A DNA stretch of 64,000 bases from Balanoglossus misakiensis (taxonomy: Eukaryota > Animalia > Hemichordata), in contig CM082586.2 of the NCBI GenBank assembly GCA_040954595.2, positions 10,881,337-10,945,336 on the forward strand, given 5' to 3'. A program made the translations under genes and the position numbers. This document shows positions 13,309 to 26,000 of the stretch, piece by piece (the stretch's first letter is position 1; each line of letters starts with the position of its first letter). The notes under the pieces were generated by a model that ran no database searches, had not been told where the DNA came from, and saw nothing but the letters and a program-made list of their open reading frames with translations.

Positions 13309-13383
13309 CATTGAGCGGTCTTAAACTCGCCCCAGACGAGGAAGAGAATCCCGAGTTGAAATGCAGACAATTTCAGGCAGCAT
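13309..13383 (-). CDS. Putative 75-nt exon B1 encoding a signal-peptide-like segment CCLKLSAFQLGILFLVWGEFKTAQ
   Basis: Consensus branch point TACTAAC, acceptor tttgattcacAG, donor G|GTAAGC. 3 of 4 differences from paralog B2 are synonymous in this frame. Confidence 0.6.
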
Positions 13384-13899
13384 CTGTGAATCAAATAGAT
13401 ATAGAAGTTAGTAACCAGTCATAGTAGCTCTAAGTTGGGTGTAAAAGTCTAAGTTGGGTGTACTAACTCTCCTTGTTAACAGTAACTTTCAAAGAAACTG
13501 AGCAATTGGTTAAAAAGATTTGCTATCCAAAAACAAAGAAATTTACAACAAACTACCTAAATATTGACAACCAGAATTTAATCAAAGTTGCACATACATG
13601 TACATGTGTTATGAAATTGTTAACTAACTTCCAAAGCAATCAGGAACCAGATATTAACTGAATATGCTCACGTGCAGTACTGTGATTGGTTGACAGAATA
13701 ACAAGATTAGAAAAACCAGTTTTAAACCATTTTGGTTTATAGTGTATATGGTGTAAGGGTTGTGTGTTGCACCATTGTGAAATGTAAACATGTTTGTGGA
13801 ATTGTTGCCTTGTCAATTTTTGTAAGGGGTTATGAGTCATGTACCCCATCCTGAACTGCATAAAAATAATAAGTCTATGGAATTCTAAAACTCTTTGAT

Positions 13900-14826
13900 C
13901 AAAAATGGCAAGAAATATACCAAAAAGTATGAATATTTCACCAGATTTCAACAAATCTGATTTCTGTTCATGCCTAAGAACCTCTTTAACAAGTTTCAAT
14001 AAGGAAGACATTTTGGCAAACAACAGGAAATTCAGACAAATCTGACTGATATCACATATATGAATTCCCATTCAAAGTTTCCAACCAATTGGACTTGTGG
14101 TATTACCGAAGACTATTTGGCCAAACCCTGCAGAAATTCCCAAAAAATACAATTATGCAAATTTCATTACAATTTGATCATATCTGACTGAGATCACCCC
14201 TAGAAACCCAAATACAAAGTATCAAAACAATTGCACCTACATTTCACAGGATTGGATTTTTTGGCAAAAACAGGAAATATTGCCCAAAAATGCATTTTTG
14301 CAAATTTCACCACCGTTTGCACAAATGTGATTCAGGTAAGCCCTATGAACCTCCATACCAAGTTTCCAATCAATTGGACATGTAATTTCAGAGAAAATTT
14401 TTTTTTAACAAAACTGCAGAAAATTCCCCAAAAAATTCATAAAAAATAGGAAACGCCAGATACTGACTCCACCTGAACAAAATCATACTAGGTCTTCCCA
14501 AAGTACTTGCACACCAATGCACGCCAATTTTTAACTTAATCTGATCCGCTGTTATTAAGTTTTTCAATTTTGACTATTTGAACATTTTTCCAGTTAATAC
14601 CAGTATGCATTTTTTCGCAATAACAATTTCTATGTACACACTAAATATCAGTAGTTTCAAGTTTTTGATGTTGATGGACATACACATACATACATCAATA
14701 CATTAAGACGAAACTAATCCATTCACAAAATACATAATTCTGTATGAGGCACACATACAGACATACATAGCCGACGGACACCAACTTATGCTATAAGCTG
14801 ACATTTATATACATGTTAGCCAAAAA
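13900..14826 (+). mobile_element. HINE/DINE-like element (second family)
   Basis: Repeated core blocks (aagtttccaa..aattggac), (CATA)n tracts, and the terminal hairpin gctgacat...atgttagc followed by an A-run. Confidence 0.5.
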
Positions 14827-15789
14827 CCAAAATCAACCTCAAAATAGACATTAAAATATATTGCACCACCATGAGAAGACAAATTCATTTTTTGACAAAT
14901 TTTCTGGGGCGTCATTGATATAGCATGGCATATTGTCAAAGTACGTAGGCTCTGTGATAAGATTCCATACACACAAAATGGTAACCTTGGAAGTCCAGCT
15001 GACGTAGTTATGCAATGGCGTCTCGTGTATTCCGTCGCCAAAAAATCATCGTAAACTAATTGATAGTCGGGGTCACAATTCAAGACGACTTTCTCTAAAT
15101 TCTTTATGAATGGATTAAATCGAAATCGAAATGTTGACGTATGACATACGGAATGAGATCTGAACAGACATTCAATGTTATCATTCTCGCTCGATCACAT
15201 ATTGGGTAGGCCATCTAGCAATCACTATATAGTATTGGCGATAACAGACTGTCTATAAACACACAAAACGGATTTTACTGTTGAGTGTGATCAACCGCCA
15301 TGTTATTTTTCTCTGAACAATAGACAAATAGAAAGCCTGGTGACATTTTGAGATTGACTGCGTGAGGACCACAATATGCGTGAATCATTTACGGTTTGTC
15401 TTGATGAATGGGTCACGTCATAGTCATAACGCGGATTCGGCTGCACGCCAACTATCCGCCATATTGTCTCCACTAACTTACTCGTAAGTAGTTTCAAACT
15501 TCATTTGAAAAGAGTATTCGTCTGACGGTCCTGTAGATTAACAATTTACGCTCTATGAAGCAACTAAACAACGTTAGCTTCCTTGTGGATTCACGTAGGG
15601 AAGTTATTCGTAACGACGGGTACAGCGTCTGAGCATGGACAGAACCACGGCAATATCGCCAGGAATGTCTCATTTCACAGCGCCCTCAAACAGTCGATCT
15701 CCTCAAACTATCGTTTCCACTGGTCATATATGCAGCATTAACGAAAGCTCTCATAGACAACCATGTAATAGAAAAATTAAAACTTTAAT

Positions 15790-15979
15790 AACTTCATTAA
15801 TATCAAAGCCACACCCACCAAAACCTTTTCAGTTCTTGCCATATGATATCTGAACCTGTGTACTAAATTTGGTTGAAATCGGTTCAGCGGTTCTTGAGAT
15901 ATCGGGTATACAGACAGACACACACATACACAGACATCGCTAAACTATAAGCTCACGTGATTTTCAGGTGAGCTAAAAA
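15790..15979 (+). mobile_element. Short HINE/DINE-like element
   Basis: Core aaatttggttgaaatcggttcagcggttcttgagatat, then (CAGA)(CA)n, then hairpin agctcacgtg..caggtgagct followed by AAAAA. Confidence 0.7.
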
Positions 15980-18793
15980 TTGGGTTACCCCTAGGAATAT
16001 TCCTACCATATTTCAAAGCCATCAAAAAAGCAGTTTCAAAGAAAAACACATTTGTTCAAAAGTGGCAAAAACACAAATATGCAAACATCTCTATAATTGT
16101 ACACCATCTTACTTCAATCACTACAAGGAACATTCCTGCCAAAATTCAAAGCAATCTGACAAGGGTTTGAACGGTTTAACAGAAAACAGTTTTTGACAAA
16201 GATTGCAAAAAATATCCCCAATAACACAAGCACGCAGTTTTAACCATTTTTATGACATCTTCCTTGGGTTACCCCTGGGAATCTGCCTACCAAATTGCAA
16301 AGCATTCTGACCATAATTGGCAAAATTGCTCAAAATTATAAATATGCCTATTTTACAACAATCTGAACAAAAAATATGGTAACTCGGACCACCCATAGGA
16401 AGCTTCATACTAAATTTCGAAGGAGTCGGACTATCGCTTTCAGAAGTGAAGATTTTTTTTTACCAATAATGTGGAAAAAGACAAAAAAAATTAATAAACA
16501 TTAGAAAATTCATAATATTAGCTCACAACATACAGGACTGTATGGGGTTCATTGACATACCAATCTGACCAGTGGTTGTCAAGTTTCTGACTTTTGACCA
16601 ATTTCACATTTACACAGGTAATATTTTGGCAATGACAATTTCATTTGAACAAAATCCCATCTACAGCCCCGCCTGCATCTACACACTAAATATGGAAGTG
16701 ATATGCCCAGCGGTTTTCATCCATTCACTCATACATACAAATGCAACTGATTCCATAAGGTCCCAATCGTATATATGTACATAAACCAAATGGGACCTAA
16801 AAATTGCTCCAAAATTATAAATACGCAATTTTTGGCAACAATTTAAACAAAACTATGGTTGGTAACTCAGATCACCTATGAAGCTTCATAATAAATTTCA
16901 AACAAGTCAGCTGATCAATTCCAGAAAAGTAGGTTTTTACCGACAATGTGGAAAGAGAAAAAAAAATGCTTAAAAATAGAAAATTCACATTATTAGCTCA
17001 CAACATGTAGAATTGTGAGAGGATACCATAAGGTACATGCATACCAATTATCAATTTTGAAAGCAATTTGCCCAGTAGTTGTTGAGTTCCCAAGTTTTGA
17101 CGAATTTGACACTTTCCCAGCTAATTTGCATATTTTGGCAATGACAACTTCACTGAGACAAACTCCCATCTACTGCCCTGTCTGCACATTAAATATCAAG
17201 GTGAAATGCCAGTAGTTTCCAAATGTTTGATGTTGATGGACATACAAACATCCATACATACAGGTGCAACTGATCCCGTAAGGTACCATGGTATAAATAC
17301 ATATACCAAATGGGACCTAATAATTCTGATAAAATGCGTACATACGTACATACATACAAGTCAGCAATAAGGAGACGGGATAGTGGGCTGGCACTGAGTG
17401 TCTATTTCTATTGCAAATTATAAACATGCAGCAAGTGTAAAAACCACATGTACCTTCAACGTCCTTGGACAACACATTTTTGTAACTTTCCCAGATCAAT
17501 GGCTAATATTACTTGCCAAAGGCGACTAGAATTTTGAGGGCCTGATGCAAGTCTGATACATGTACTTCATGATTTAGAGATATGATGAAAATCCTGTCAA
17601 CCGAATTACAGGGAAATCAGATTTTCCATGTAAAATCATATCACCCAAAAGTGTCAAAAATAATTTTGAAACAAAAAGTCTACTCAAAATCATACCAAAA
17701 TTTAAATGTTAATGCAGTACGTTAGGCAAGCAATTTGAGAATGAAGAAACTTACAAAATAATTTATAAATTGTAAATAATTTACAAATGCCGCACACAAA
17801 CTTACAATTACTACCATATTACTGAACATGTTAAAAGGACATTGTACCAGCAGAGACATTGTGATCGAGCAATCCCCAAGATATACATGACATGGTCTAA
17901 TTACAAATATTGAATATGTAAAATATGTACACAACACTTCCAGTCTTACAGTACAGTCAGCTGCTTGTGAACAATAGTCATGTAGCTATTTCATCAAATT
18001 TACAGCCCAAGTCTTGCCTATACAATTCTCCCTACTTTAAACACGTTTTAAGCTACCCTAAATGAGTGATGAAAATCTCATACGGTCGATAATTTCAAGA
18101 TGGCCGATTTTTGCCATGTTAAAGAAATGGGAGTTCATAAGCTAAAATGATGATGGGTCATTCTTGAACTTTTTAACAGAAAAAATAGCAAAAGTGAAAA
18201 AAAGTTTAATATGCTAACTACCGAGACAGAAATGTTTGACCGAAGGAAGTCATGAAATACAGTAAACATATCATTTCTTCTATCTCTTACTACAGTTGGT
18301 TATGGACTTTCCGCCCAGAATGCAATGAGATTTGACACCTAGCGCAAAGTGAAAAACCTATTTAAGGCAGCCAGAATTTTCTGCATAGTATGACGGAAAC
18401 ATTTGTAAAGTCATGGCTAGCATGGGTTGGCAGGTTTATGGGACCCGCTCAGGTTCCCTCGAATAACACATAATGCATGATTGGTGACTGATTATTGTTT
18501 ATTTGTTGATTTTGTCACATTTTCAGAAAAATCCCTATCAATCAGTCATATTTGTTTGGCCTTGCTATACAGCGCAATATGAATCTTGTTGACTGAAATT
18601 GTTGAGGATAGTGGTACATAAAGGTTACCAATTGGAAAATATTAAAATGATTATTAGTGGTGTCCAACTCTTCATGATAACCAGTTGTGGCTTGCCACCA
18701 CCATAATTTTAAAAGGGTGACTTCACTATTTGATGGGAAAAGGTAGCATTTACAAACAAGCTATGGAGCATGTATACAGCAAGGTGTGCTTAC

Positions 18794-18866
18794 CGGAAAG
18801 CGGTCTTGGATCAGGCCTAAGTATTCTCTTCCTCCTCCGGCATACGTTGAAATGCTGTGTTTAAGA
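18794..18866 (-). CDS. Putative exon A2
   Basis: Same splice signals as A1. The single difference CTA>TTA is synonymous (Leu) in the open frame. Confidence 0.5.
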
Positions 18867-19204
18867 CTGTGAATCAAATATATGCAAATATTAATTAGTA
18901 ACCAATCAACCTTGCTTTAGAATTATGTGGGCCATACAAATTAGTGAAAATATGCAAAACATGGTATAATATAGGGTCAGAAAAAATTTCCAGCCTGTTT
19001 GTGTCATGATTTACATTTTTCTTTCTGGCCTAAAGTATTGTTTTATTTCACTCTAAACAACATTACTTTCCTTCATGCGTCTAATATAATAACAGATCTC
19101 TTAGCCAGTTTGATTAAGCATAGTTTTGGACTAGCACACGTTCAGCCAAAGTTAAAGTATCTCCCTGTGTATTGATATGGGAGTAATTTTAGCTATATGG
19201 TTAA

Positions 19205-19551
19205 AGTGACAAAGTCTCTCTGTCGCTGTCCTTTTTCCATTAATTATGTTTGATACAAGACACTGTTTATGTCAATGTACATTTGGATATATAGTGAATA
19301 AATGATCAACCACACAAAACTTCCATCCCGCTTGTATGATATGAGAGTAAAAACTCGCCCAAAATGAATAAATGGTAAAGAACGATTATTCATTTTGGCG
19401 AGTATTTTTACTATCGTGTCTACAAGTGGGACGGAAGTTGTGTGTGGCTGAACGTTCATTCACTATATATCTACATGTAGAATAACAAACGGTGTCTTGT
19501 ATCAAATATAATTAATGGAAAAAAGGGCAGCGAGAGAGAGACTTTGTCCCT
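19205..19551. mobile_element. Long-TIR MITE with TTAA TSD (Kolobok-like)
   Basis: TTAA|AGTGACAAAGTCTCTC ... GAGAGACTTTGTCCCT|TTAA. The empty site atatggTTAAggaaatgc is at 13078-13095. Further copies lie at 40304 and 41259. Confidence 0.93.
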
Positions 19552-19793
19552 TTAAGGAAATGCATCCACATTTATTTTATGCTCCACGTGAAGATTTGAA
19601 CTTGTGAGTTGTCCATCTAATTCATGACATCACGATCATATCACAAGCAATCGAGGCCAGAATTCGAAGGGGAAAAAACAGGTACATTGTATTGAAAGCT
19701 GGAATATGTAAATTAGTTCGTAGACATACATTTCTTCCTATTGTTTCGGTTGCAACACCCGATAAAAGCAAATATAAAGCAAGTCATGCTTAC

Positions 19794-19868
19794 CATTGAG
19801 CGGTCTTAAACTCGCCCCGGACAAGGAAGAGAATCCCGAGTTGAAACGCAGACAGTTTCAGGCAGCAT
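19794..19868 (-). CDS. Putative exon B2 (CCLKLSAFQLGILFLVRGEFKTAQ)
   Basis: TACTAAC branch point, cacAG acceptor and GTAAGC donor. Paralog of 13309-13383. Confidence 0.6.
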
Positions 19869-20071
19869 CTGTGAATCAAATAGACATAGAAGTTAGTAAC
19901 CAGTCATAGAAGCTCTGCGTGGCAGGGCTGCGTGTTAACGGCTATACCATAGCTCCCACTGGTAGCTTATAACAGTCTCAATGGTGCCAAAAATCTCCCC
20001 AACAACAAAACCAACCCTGGTCAGTTTATTCGCTATCGCTTTGCCTTAAAAGTTATACTGTAGTGTGTTAC

Positions 20072-20485
20072 CACAGGGGGCTCCTCCCTCCGCGATTTTA
20101 TTGTTTGTTTGTTGTTGTTGATTGGCATAATAAACAAATACATATTTCATTATTAATAAATATGGTTTGTTGACATGTAAGTGTTAGGGTATATTCAACA
20201 GTTAGGGTTACTGTTGGCATTTTTTTCGATCCACGGCCCCGGGCATCACTAAGCCACAGGGGGTGGGGGGGGGGGGTTTGGGGGGGTGATGCCGGCCATG
20301 GATCGAAAAAATGCCAACACTAATTCTAACCGTTGAATATACCATAACCTGTCAAATATACCCTAATAACCTAACCCTTACATGTCAACAAACCATATTT
20401 ATTAATAAAGAAATATGTATTTGTTTATTATGCCAATCAACAACAACAAACAAACAATAAAATCGCCTAGGGAGAGCCCCCTGTG
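20072..20485. mobile_element. Palindromic MITE with 7-bp TSD and CACAG termini (P-element-like)
   Basis: GTGTTAC|CACAGGGGGCT ... AGCCCCCTGTG|GTGTTAC. The arms are near-perfect inverted repeats over most of the length, around a poly-G centre. Confidence 0.85.
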
Positions 20486-21346
20486 GTGTTACGGTACCAC
20501 CTGCTCCACAATAACAAAGCTGACTCGAGCCAACGAACGACGTACAATTTACTCGCACGGTGTAATATAACGCACAAATTCCATGCGACTGTGAGTTTAC
20601 TGTTTGGTGCTGTAACGCTTCCCAAAGTCAGAATTTCGATGTTGGGGGGACCCTCTCGCCCTACCACGACCAGTTTTTGCTAGAAGGAGTGTACATGTAC
20701 TTGTAAAATAACATTAAATGCCATGCTTACCAGAGAAACGACATCATCAAGCATGGAGGCGACCGGGACCTCCATGCTTGATGAACGTCAAAGCTGCAAT
20801 GATTTTTCAAATGCAATGGTCAGCGGTACGAGAACGAGGCACCAGCTGTGCGTCAATTATGCAACTTACTTACTACTCAATCAGAATCCTGCTTCAACAT
20901 GACGTAACACTAATTAGTCAAAGAATGCAATGCAACGTATGTGTGCGGGTGGAGAATGCGCCTCACGTCAATGCAGACACACCAGACACACACACTGAAA
21001 TGCAAATTGAGGAATTATGTCACGGTGTTCTTTGGAAGTGCGAATGAATAAAATATTTCGTTTTCTTCAGTGTTTTTGTACTACAAAAAAAATTGCTAAA
21101 AAACGACTAGCAAGCGCTTATGCAATGAAATACAAATAAATATAATTATCGCCAATTGGAAATGGAACGTCAATCCGCATTTGTCAAAAAATAACAGAAA
21201 AGACAAAGGAGCTGAGACGTCCTGAAATAAAAGGAATGACCTCTCTGTTCTGACCTGTATGAGGAAGCCCTATTGTAATACGCAATATGTCGGATCATGC
21301 TACCATCCGCCATTCTGATTGGACGAGAGATCAATCCATCGATACG

Positions 21347-21610
21347 AAAGTACTCAATAGAGCACTGCTAAAACTGGCCCCTGAACTAATAGCATGCAAC
21401 AGGGAAAACTTGACTAAATAAAAAAAAATATAGCTGATAAATTTACGGACGGCCGGTTCATTTTTTAACTGCTCTAATGGAACTGTTGTCACTGTCATGC
21501 ACGATGCATGTCTTGTCATTGCGCACTCGTGTTAACATTCATCAGAGCGCCTTTCGATCAATTCGTAACGTTTACATTAGACTCGAGTTCATTTTCGTTA
21601 TGAAAATGAC
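21347..21610 (+). repeat. Dispersed repeat also present in the centre of the foldback element
   Basis: tactcaatagagcactgctaaa(a)ctggcccctgaacta...agggaaaa matches 24897-24950, and weaker similarity continues to ~25160. Confidence 0.7.
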
Positions 21611-23052
21611 ATTGATATACACAAAGTCGATTACTGATATAAAATAATAGCAATAACCCTAACCATAGATTAGGCTATAGCATTCCGGTAATTTTTTCAA
21701 TATCACTCAGGAAGGATTCTATAACATTCTGTTTTGTATCGGGATGTATAATTTAATATCCATACTACAAAACAAATATCAGCGGTAACTCAGAAAATAT
21801 TGTTGAAAATTTGTTCTCTGTAGGCCTAACCATGGTAAGATAATGCAATGCCGGTAAGTATTTTGGAAGTCAAGGTTGCATTGTATTGTCTGGTGTTCAA
21901 ATAATCACAAACATCCCGGAAGACTAAATTCTTTCTGTCAAAACCACTTCTGCAACGACAAGATTTTTCAGGGCAGGCAAAACCATGGCATGAAGACGAT
22001 ATGAAGTCGATGAGTTAATGTTATGTTGAACCCGGCCACTTTACGTATCTTAACTATTCACACATTGACCATTCTATAATTCTCTCCCTTTTGATGTCTT
22101 CTTTGTGGTTTGTTTGTAAAAATGTTGCCTGTGTTGAAACTTGACTACTTGTCACTTTTGCCTACCAAGAATAATATGACCAAAAGGGGTGGCATGAAAT
22201 TCTAGACTGTAACAAAACTCGATTTCATGACCCAAAGTTTGATTTTATGTGTTTTTGGTTTGGACGTGGCAAAGACATGTAAATTCCGACCACCTATACA
22301 CCATCCATACATGTATGAATCGACATCATTTATTGCACGAGAGACTTCAAGCAAGCATTCCATCATCGCAAAAGGACAAAGAGAGAGCGACTTTGTCTCT
22401 TTAAAGTAATTTAGCAAGTTCAAAGTGAATGCCCACATGAAAACCTTTACTCAGCAATTTTTTTTGTAATTAATAAAACTAGGTTTGGTATGTTTTTGCG
22501 CTTGTTTTATTTTCCTTTTGTCTATAAATAGTCGTATATTTTAAAACAGCTAAAATGAGTCAAATGGGGCATTTTTCCATCCCACCTCATCCTAGCTAAG
22601 AGCTTCAGTGCCGGTCACCTCCACAAAATTAATTTACCACGAACAAATTGAAATACAGCCAATCGGAAAAAGTGCGCCACCACATGGTCATTTGAAGACT
22701 TTTATGCTCTCTTCTGGCCGTAAACGCATGTGATCTGGAATAAATCGAACATCGATCGTGTTTTATTTATTTTCACCACCAGCGAAAATCTACGACGGCC
22801 CAACCGCAGATTATTGCTGCTCCATACAACAACCGGCTTAAACTGTTCTGTGCATGTGTTTTGTGTTCTGGTGGCGTTTGCGGGTCTGAGACGTCATTTG
22901 TAGAAGGCCCTATTCGTTTTCTACCAATAACTTTTACCAACCATGCTAGAACTATTTCGTTTTCTTTGACGACGCTTGACACTTTTCTTGCTTTGTTGTT
23001 AGTACATGTAGTTTGTTTGTTCGTTACGTCTGTTACTGGGGTTCTTCACTTG

Positions 23053-26000
23053 TAGTCTGGTTACACTATGAGATAGGTGCCGTTAATCAGAATTTTTGGT
23101 AAGGAAGGTTTGAGAAGTCCATTCTATGTAAAAAATGGTGCTCATTCCAAAAAAGTCAGTCTTATTAACCCCACTCAAGACAAAATTGCCATTTTGGCCA
23201 TTTTTAACCCCAAAATGGTCTTTTTTAGAAAACACTAAAAACACATTGTTTTCGTCACATTCTGAGATCTGATAACATATGATATGCTTATTCTATGTAA
23301 AATTTGGTGAATATTACGAAACAAGTAGTTCGATTGACCCAAAACAACAGAAAATTGCCTTTTTGACCAATTTTTGCCCCAAAAACGTCATTTTTAGAAA
23401 AAAAATAAAACACACGGTTTTCTTCATAATGATTGATCTGGTGATATATGGAAAGTCAATTCTATGTTAAAAGTGGTGACTTTAAAAAATAAAGCAGTCT
23501 TTTTGACCTCAATCAATACAAAAATGCCATTTTTGGCCACTTTTTGTGGTCAAAAAAGGTCATTTTTACAAAAAAACTAAAAATAAATTGTGTTTATCAT
23601 ATTCAGAGATCATTGGATATATGAAATGTCCATTCTATGTAAAAAATGGTGCTGATTCCAGAAATAGCAGTCTTATTGACCCTACTCAAGAAAAAATGCC
23701 ATTTTTGCCACTTTTTGCCCCAAAACGTCATTTTCAGAAAACACACAAAATTTATATATTTTCTTCACTTTCGGAGATCTGATAATGTATTATATGCCCA
23801 CCCTATGTAAAATCTGGTGATTATTCGAAAAAAGCAGATTTATTGACCCAACCTAATGCAAAAATGCCCTTTTGGAAAGTTTTTGCCCAAAAAGGCCATT
23901 TTTAGAAAAAAATTTAAAAACAAACTTTTCTTCATAAAGCTCAGAGATCATGTGATATATGAAATGTTCATCCTATGTAAAAAATGGTGCTGATTCCAGA
24001 AATAGCAGTCTTATTGATCCTACTCAAGAAAAAATGCCATTTTGCCACTTTTTGCCCCCAAAACGTCATTTTCAGAAAACACTCAAAATTTATATATTTT
24101 CTTCACTTTCGGAGATCTGATAATGAATTATATGCCCACTGTATGTGAAAAATTTCCAAAAAAGCAGTTTTATTGATGCCACTCAAGATAAAAGTGCCTT
24201 TTTGGCAAGTTTTTGCCCAAAAAGTGTCATTTCTAGAAAATACGAAAATTATGCCATTTTCTTCCCATTGGTGATCAAATGATAAATAAAAGTACTAAAA
24301 AACCCACTCTTACTGACCCCACTGAGGGAAAAAAATATCATTTTGGCCTCTTTGCTCAAAAAGGTAACTGTTAGAAAAAATAAATACAAACTTATTCCTT
24401 AATATTCAGAGCCCTTGTGATGTATGTAAATTCGTTTTTTGTGTGTGTGTGTGTGCAAAAAATATGCTGATACCAGCACAACGGTCTTATTGAGACACCC
24501 CGCTCAGTACAAAATTGCCATTTAGCCATCTTTTGGTCAACAATAGGCATTTTCAGAAAACAAATATAATTGATGTTTTTGCCTTTTGTGTTCTGATGTT
24601 GTATATGCATATTTAAAACGCCATAACCATATAATGTCAATTAAATTGATGATATTGAAAGACAGGGTTGCCACAATTTGGCAAATTTAGCCCAAAACTG
24701 AACTTAACAATAAGATGATCCATGTATACGCACTGTCTACTATAAGTCGATTATGCGTGGTGTGGAATATTTAGGTTCAGATATGCCAGCTCGGGAGAGA
24801 GTGTTGAAATTTATTCTCTTCAATCTGAATACAAAATCAGAAATTATATTATAATTTATATCATACTGATTGGACAGGAGTGCAACGATGCTAGAATACT
24901 CAATAGAGCACTGCTAAAACTGGCCCCTGAACTAGCACGCAGCAGGGAAAATGTGGGTTTAAACTAAATAAACATAAAACCCTTGACGTTTTAATTTGGA
25001 ACTGCTGTATGGGAATATTTGGGCAATGTGCAATGCCTTTCTTTTGTCATCTGTATCATGTTTAGAGCTTGGTCCCGGGCGGCGTGTTTACATTCATTGA
25101 CGCGAGTTTTGTTCCATTCGTAACTTCTTTTCCTCTCGACGCTGTTTCATCATCATTATGAGTTCAACTTGGGCTAATTTTGCAAAAACTCCAAATACAA
25201 ACATTTTTTCGGTACAAAATGGCTAAAATGATAATTTTTTCTTGAGTAGATCTATTTTTGGCTACAAATAGCAAAAAAGGCAATTTTGACAACCAGAGTG
25301 CCGTTTTTGGAATAGTCACCAAATTTTACACAGAATGGACTTTTCATACATGATCAGATCTCTGAATATGGAGAAAACAATTTGTCTTTAGTTTGTTTGT
25401 TTTTAATGAACATTTTTGACCAAAAAAGTGGCCGAAATTACAAATTTCAATTGAATAGGGTAAGTAAGACTTCCGTTTTTGGAACAGTAACCACGTTTCA
25501 ATATAGAATGGGCTTTTATTTATAATAAGATCACCGAAAGTGAAGAAAAGAGAATGCTTATTAATATATTCTTAAAAATAAAAATTTTGTGCAAAACTTA
25601 GCCAAAAAGGTGATTTCGTCATGGTTGAGGTCATTAAGACTGCATTTCTGGAATCAACACCTATTTTACAATAAATGTACTTTTCACACATCATAGAATC
25701 TCCAAATAAGAATCAAACAGTTTGTTTATAATGATTTTCGAAAAGTGGCTTTTTGGGCAAAAACTTGTCAAAAAAGCACTGTTTTCTTGAGTGGCGCTAG
25801 TAATTTTTTTTTGAATTTTTTCACATAGAGTGGGTACATAATACATCATCATCTCCGAAAGTGAAGAAAATATAAAAGTTTTGGGTGTTTTCTAGAAATG
25901 ACACTTTTTGGGCAAAAACTTGCCAAAGGGCACTTTTATCTTGGGTGGCATCAATAAAACTGCTTTTTTGGAAATTTTTCACATAAAGTGGGCATATAAT

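Larger units (their letters stand above)
7855..13430 (+). repeat. Segmental duplication, copy 1
   Basis: Collinear high similarity to 16060-19915 over both unique and repeat blocks (e.g. 10190-10840 vs 17450-18140; 11700-12245 vs 18205-18980; 12865-13430 vs 18985-19915). Confidence 0.92.
16060..19915 (+). repeat. Segmental duplication, copy 2
   Basis: See copy 1. It lacks the 10844-11627 MITE and ~600 bp (12245-12860), and carries an extra MITE at 19205-19551. Confidence 0.92.
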
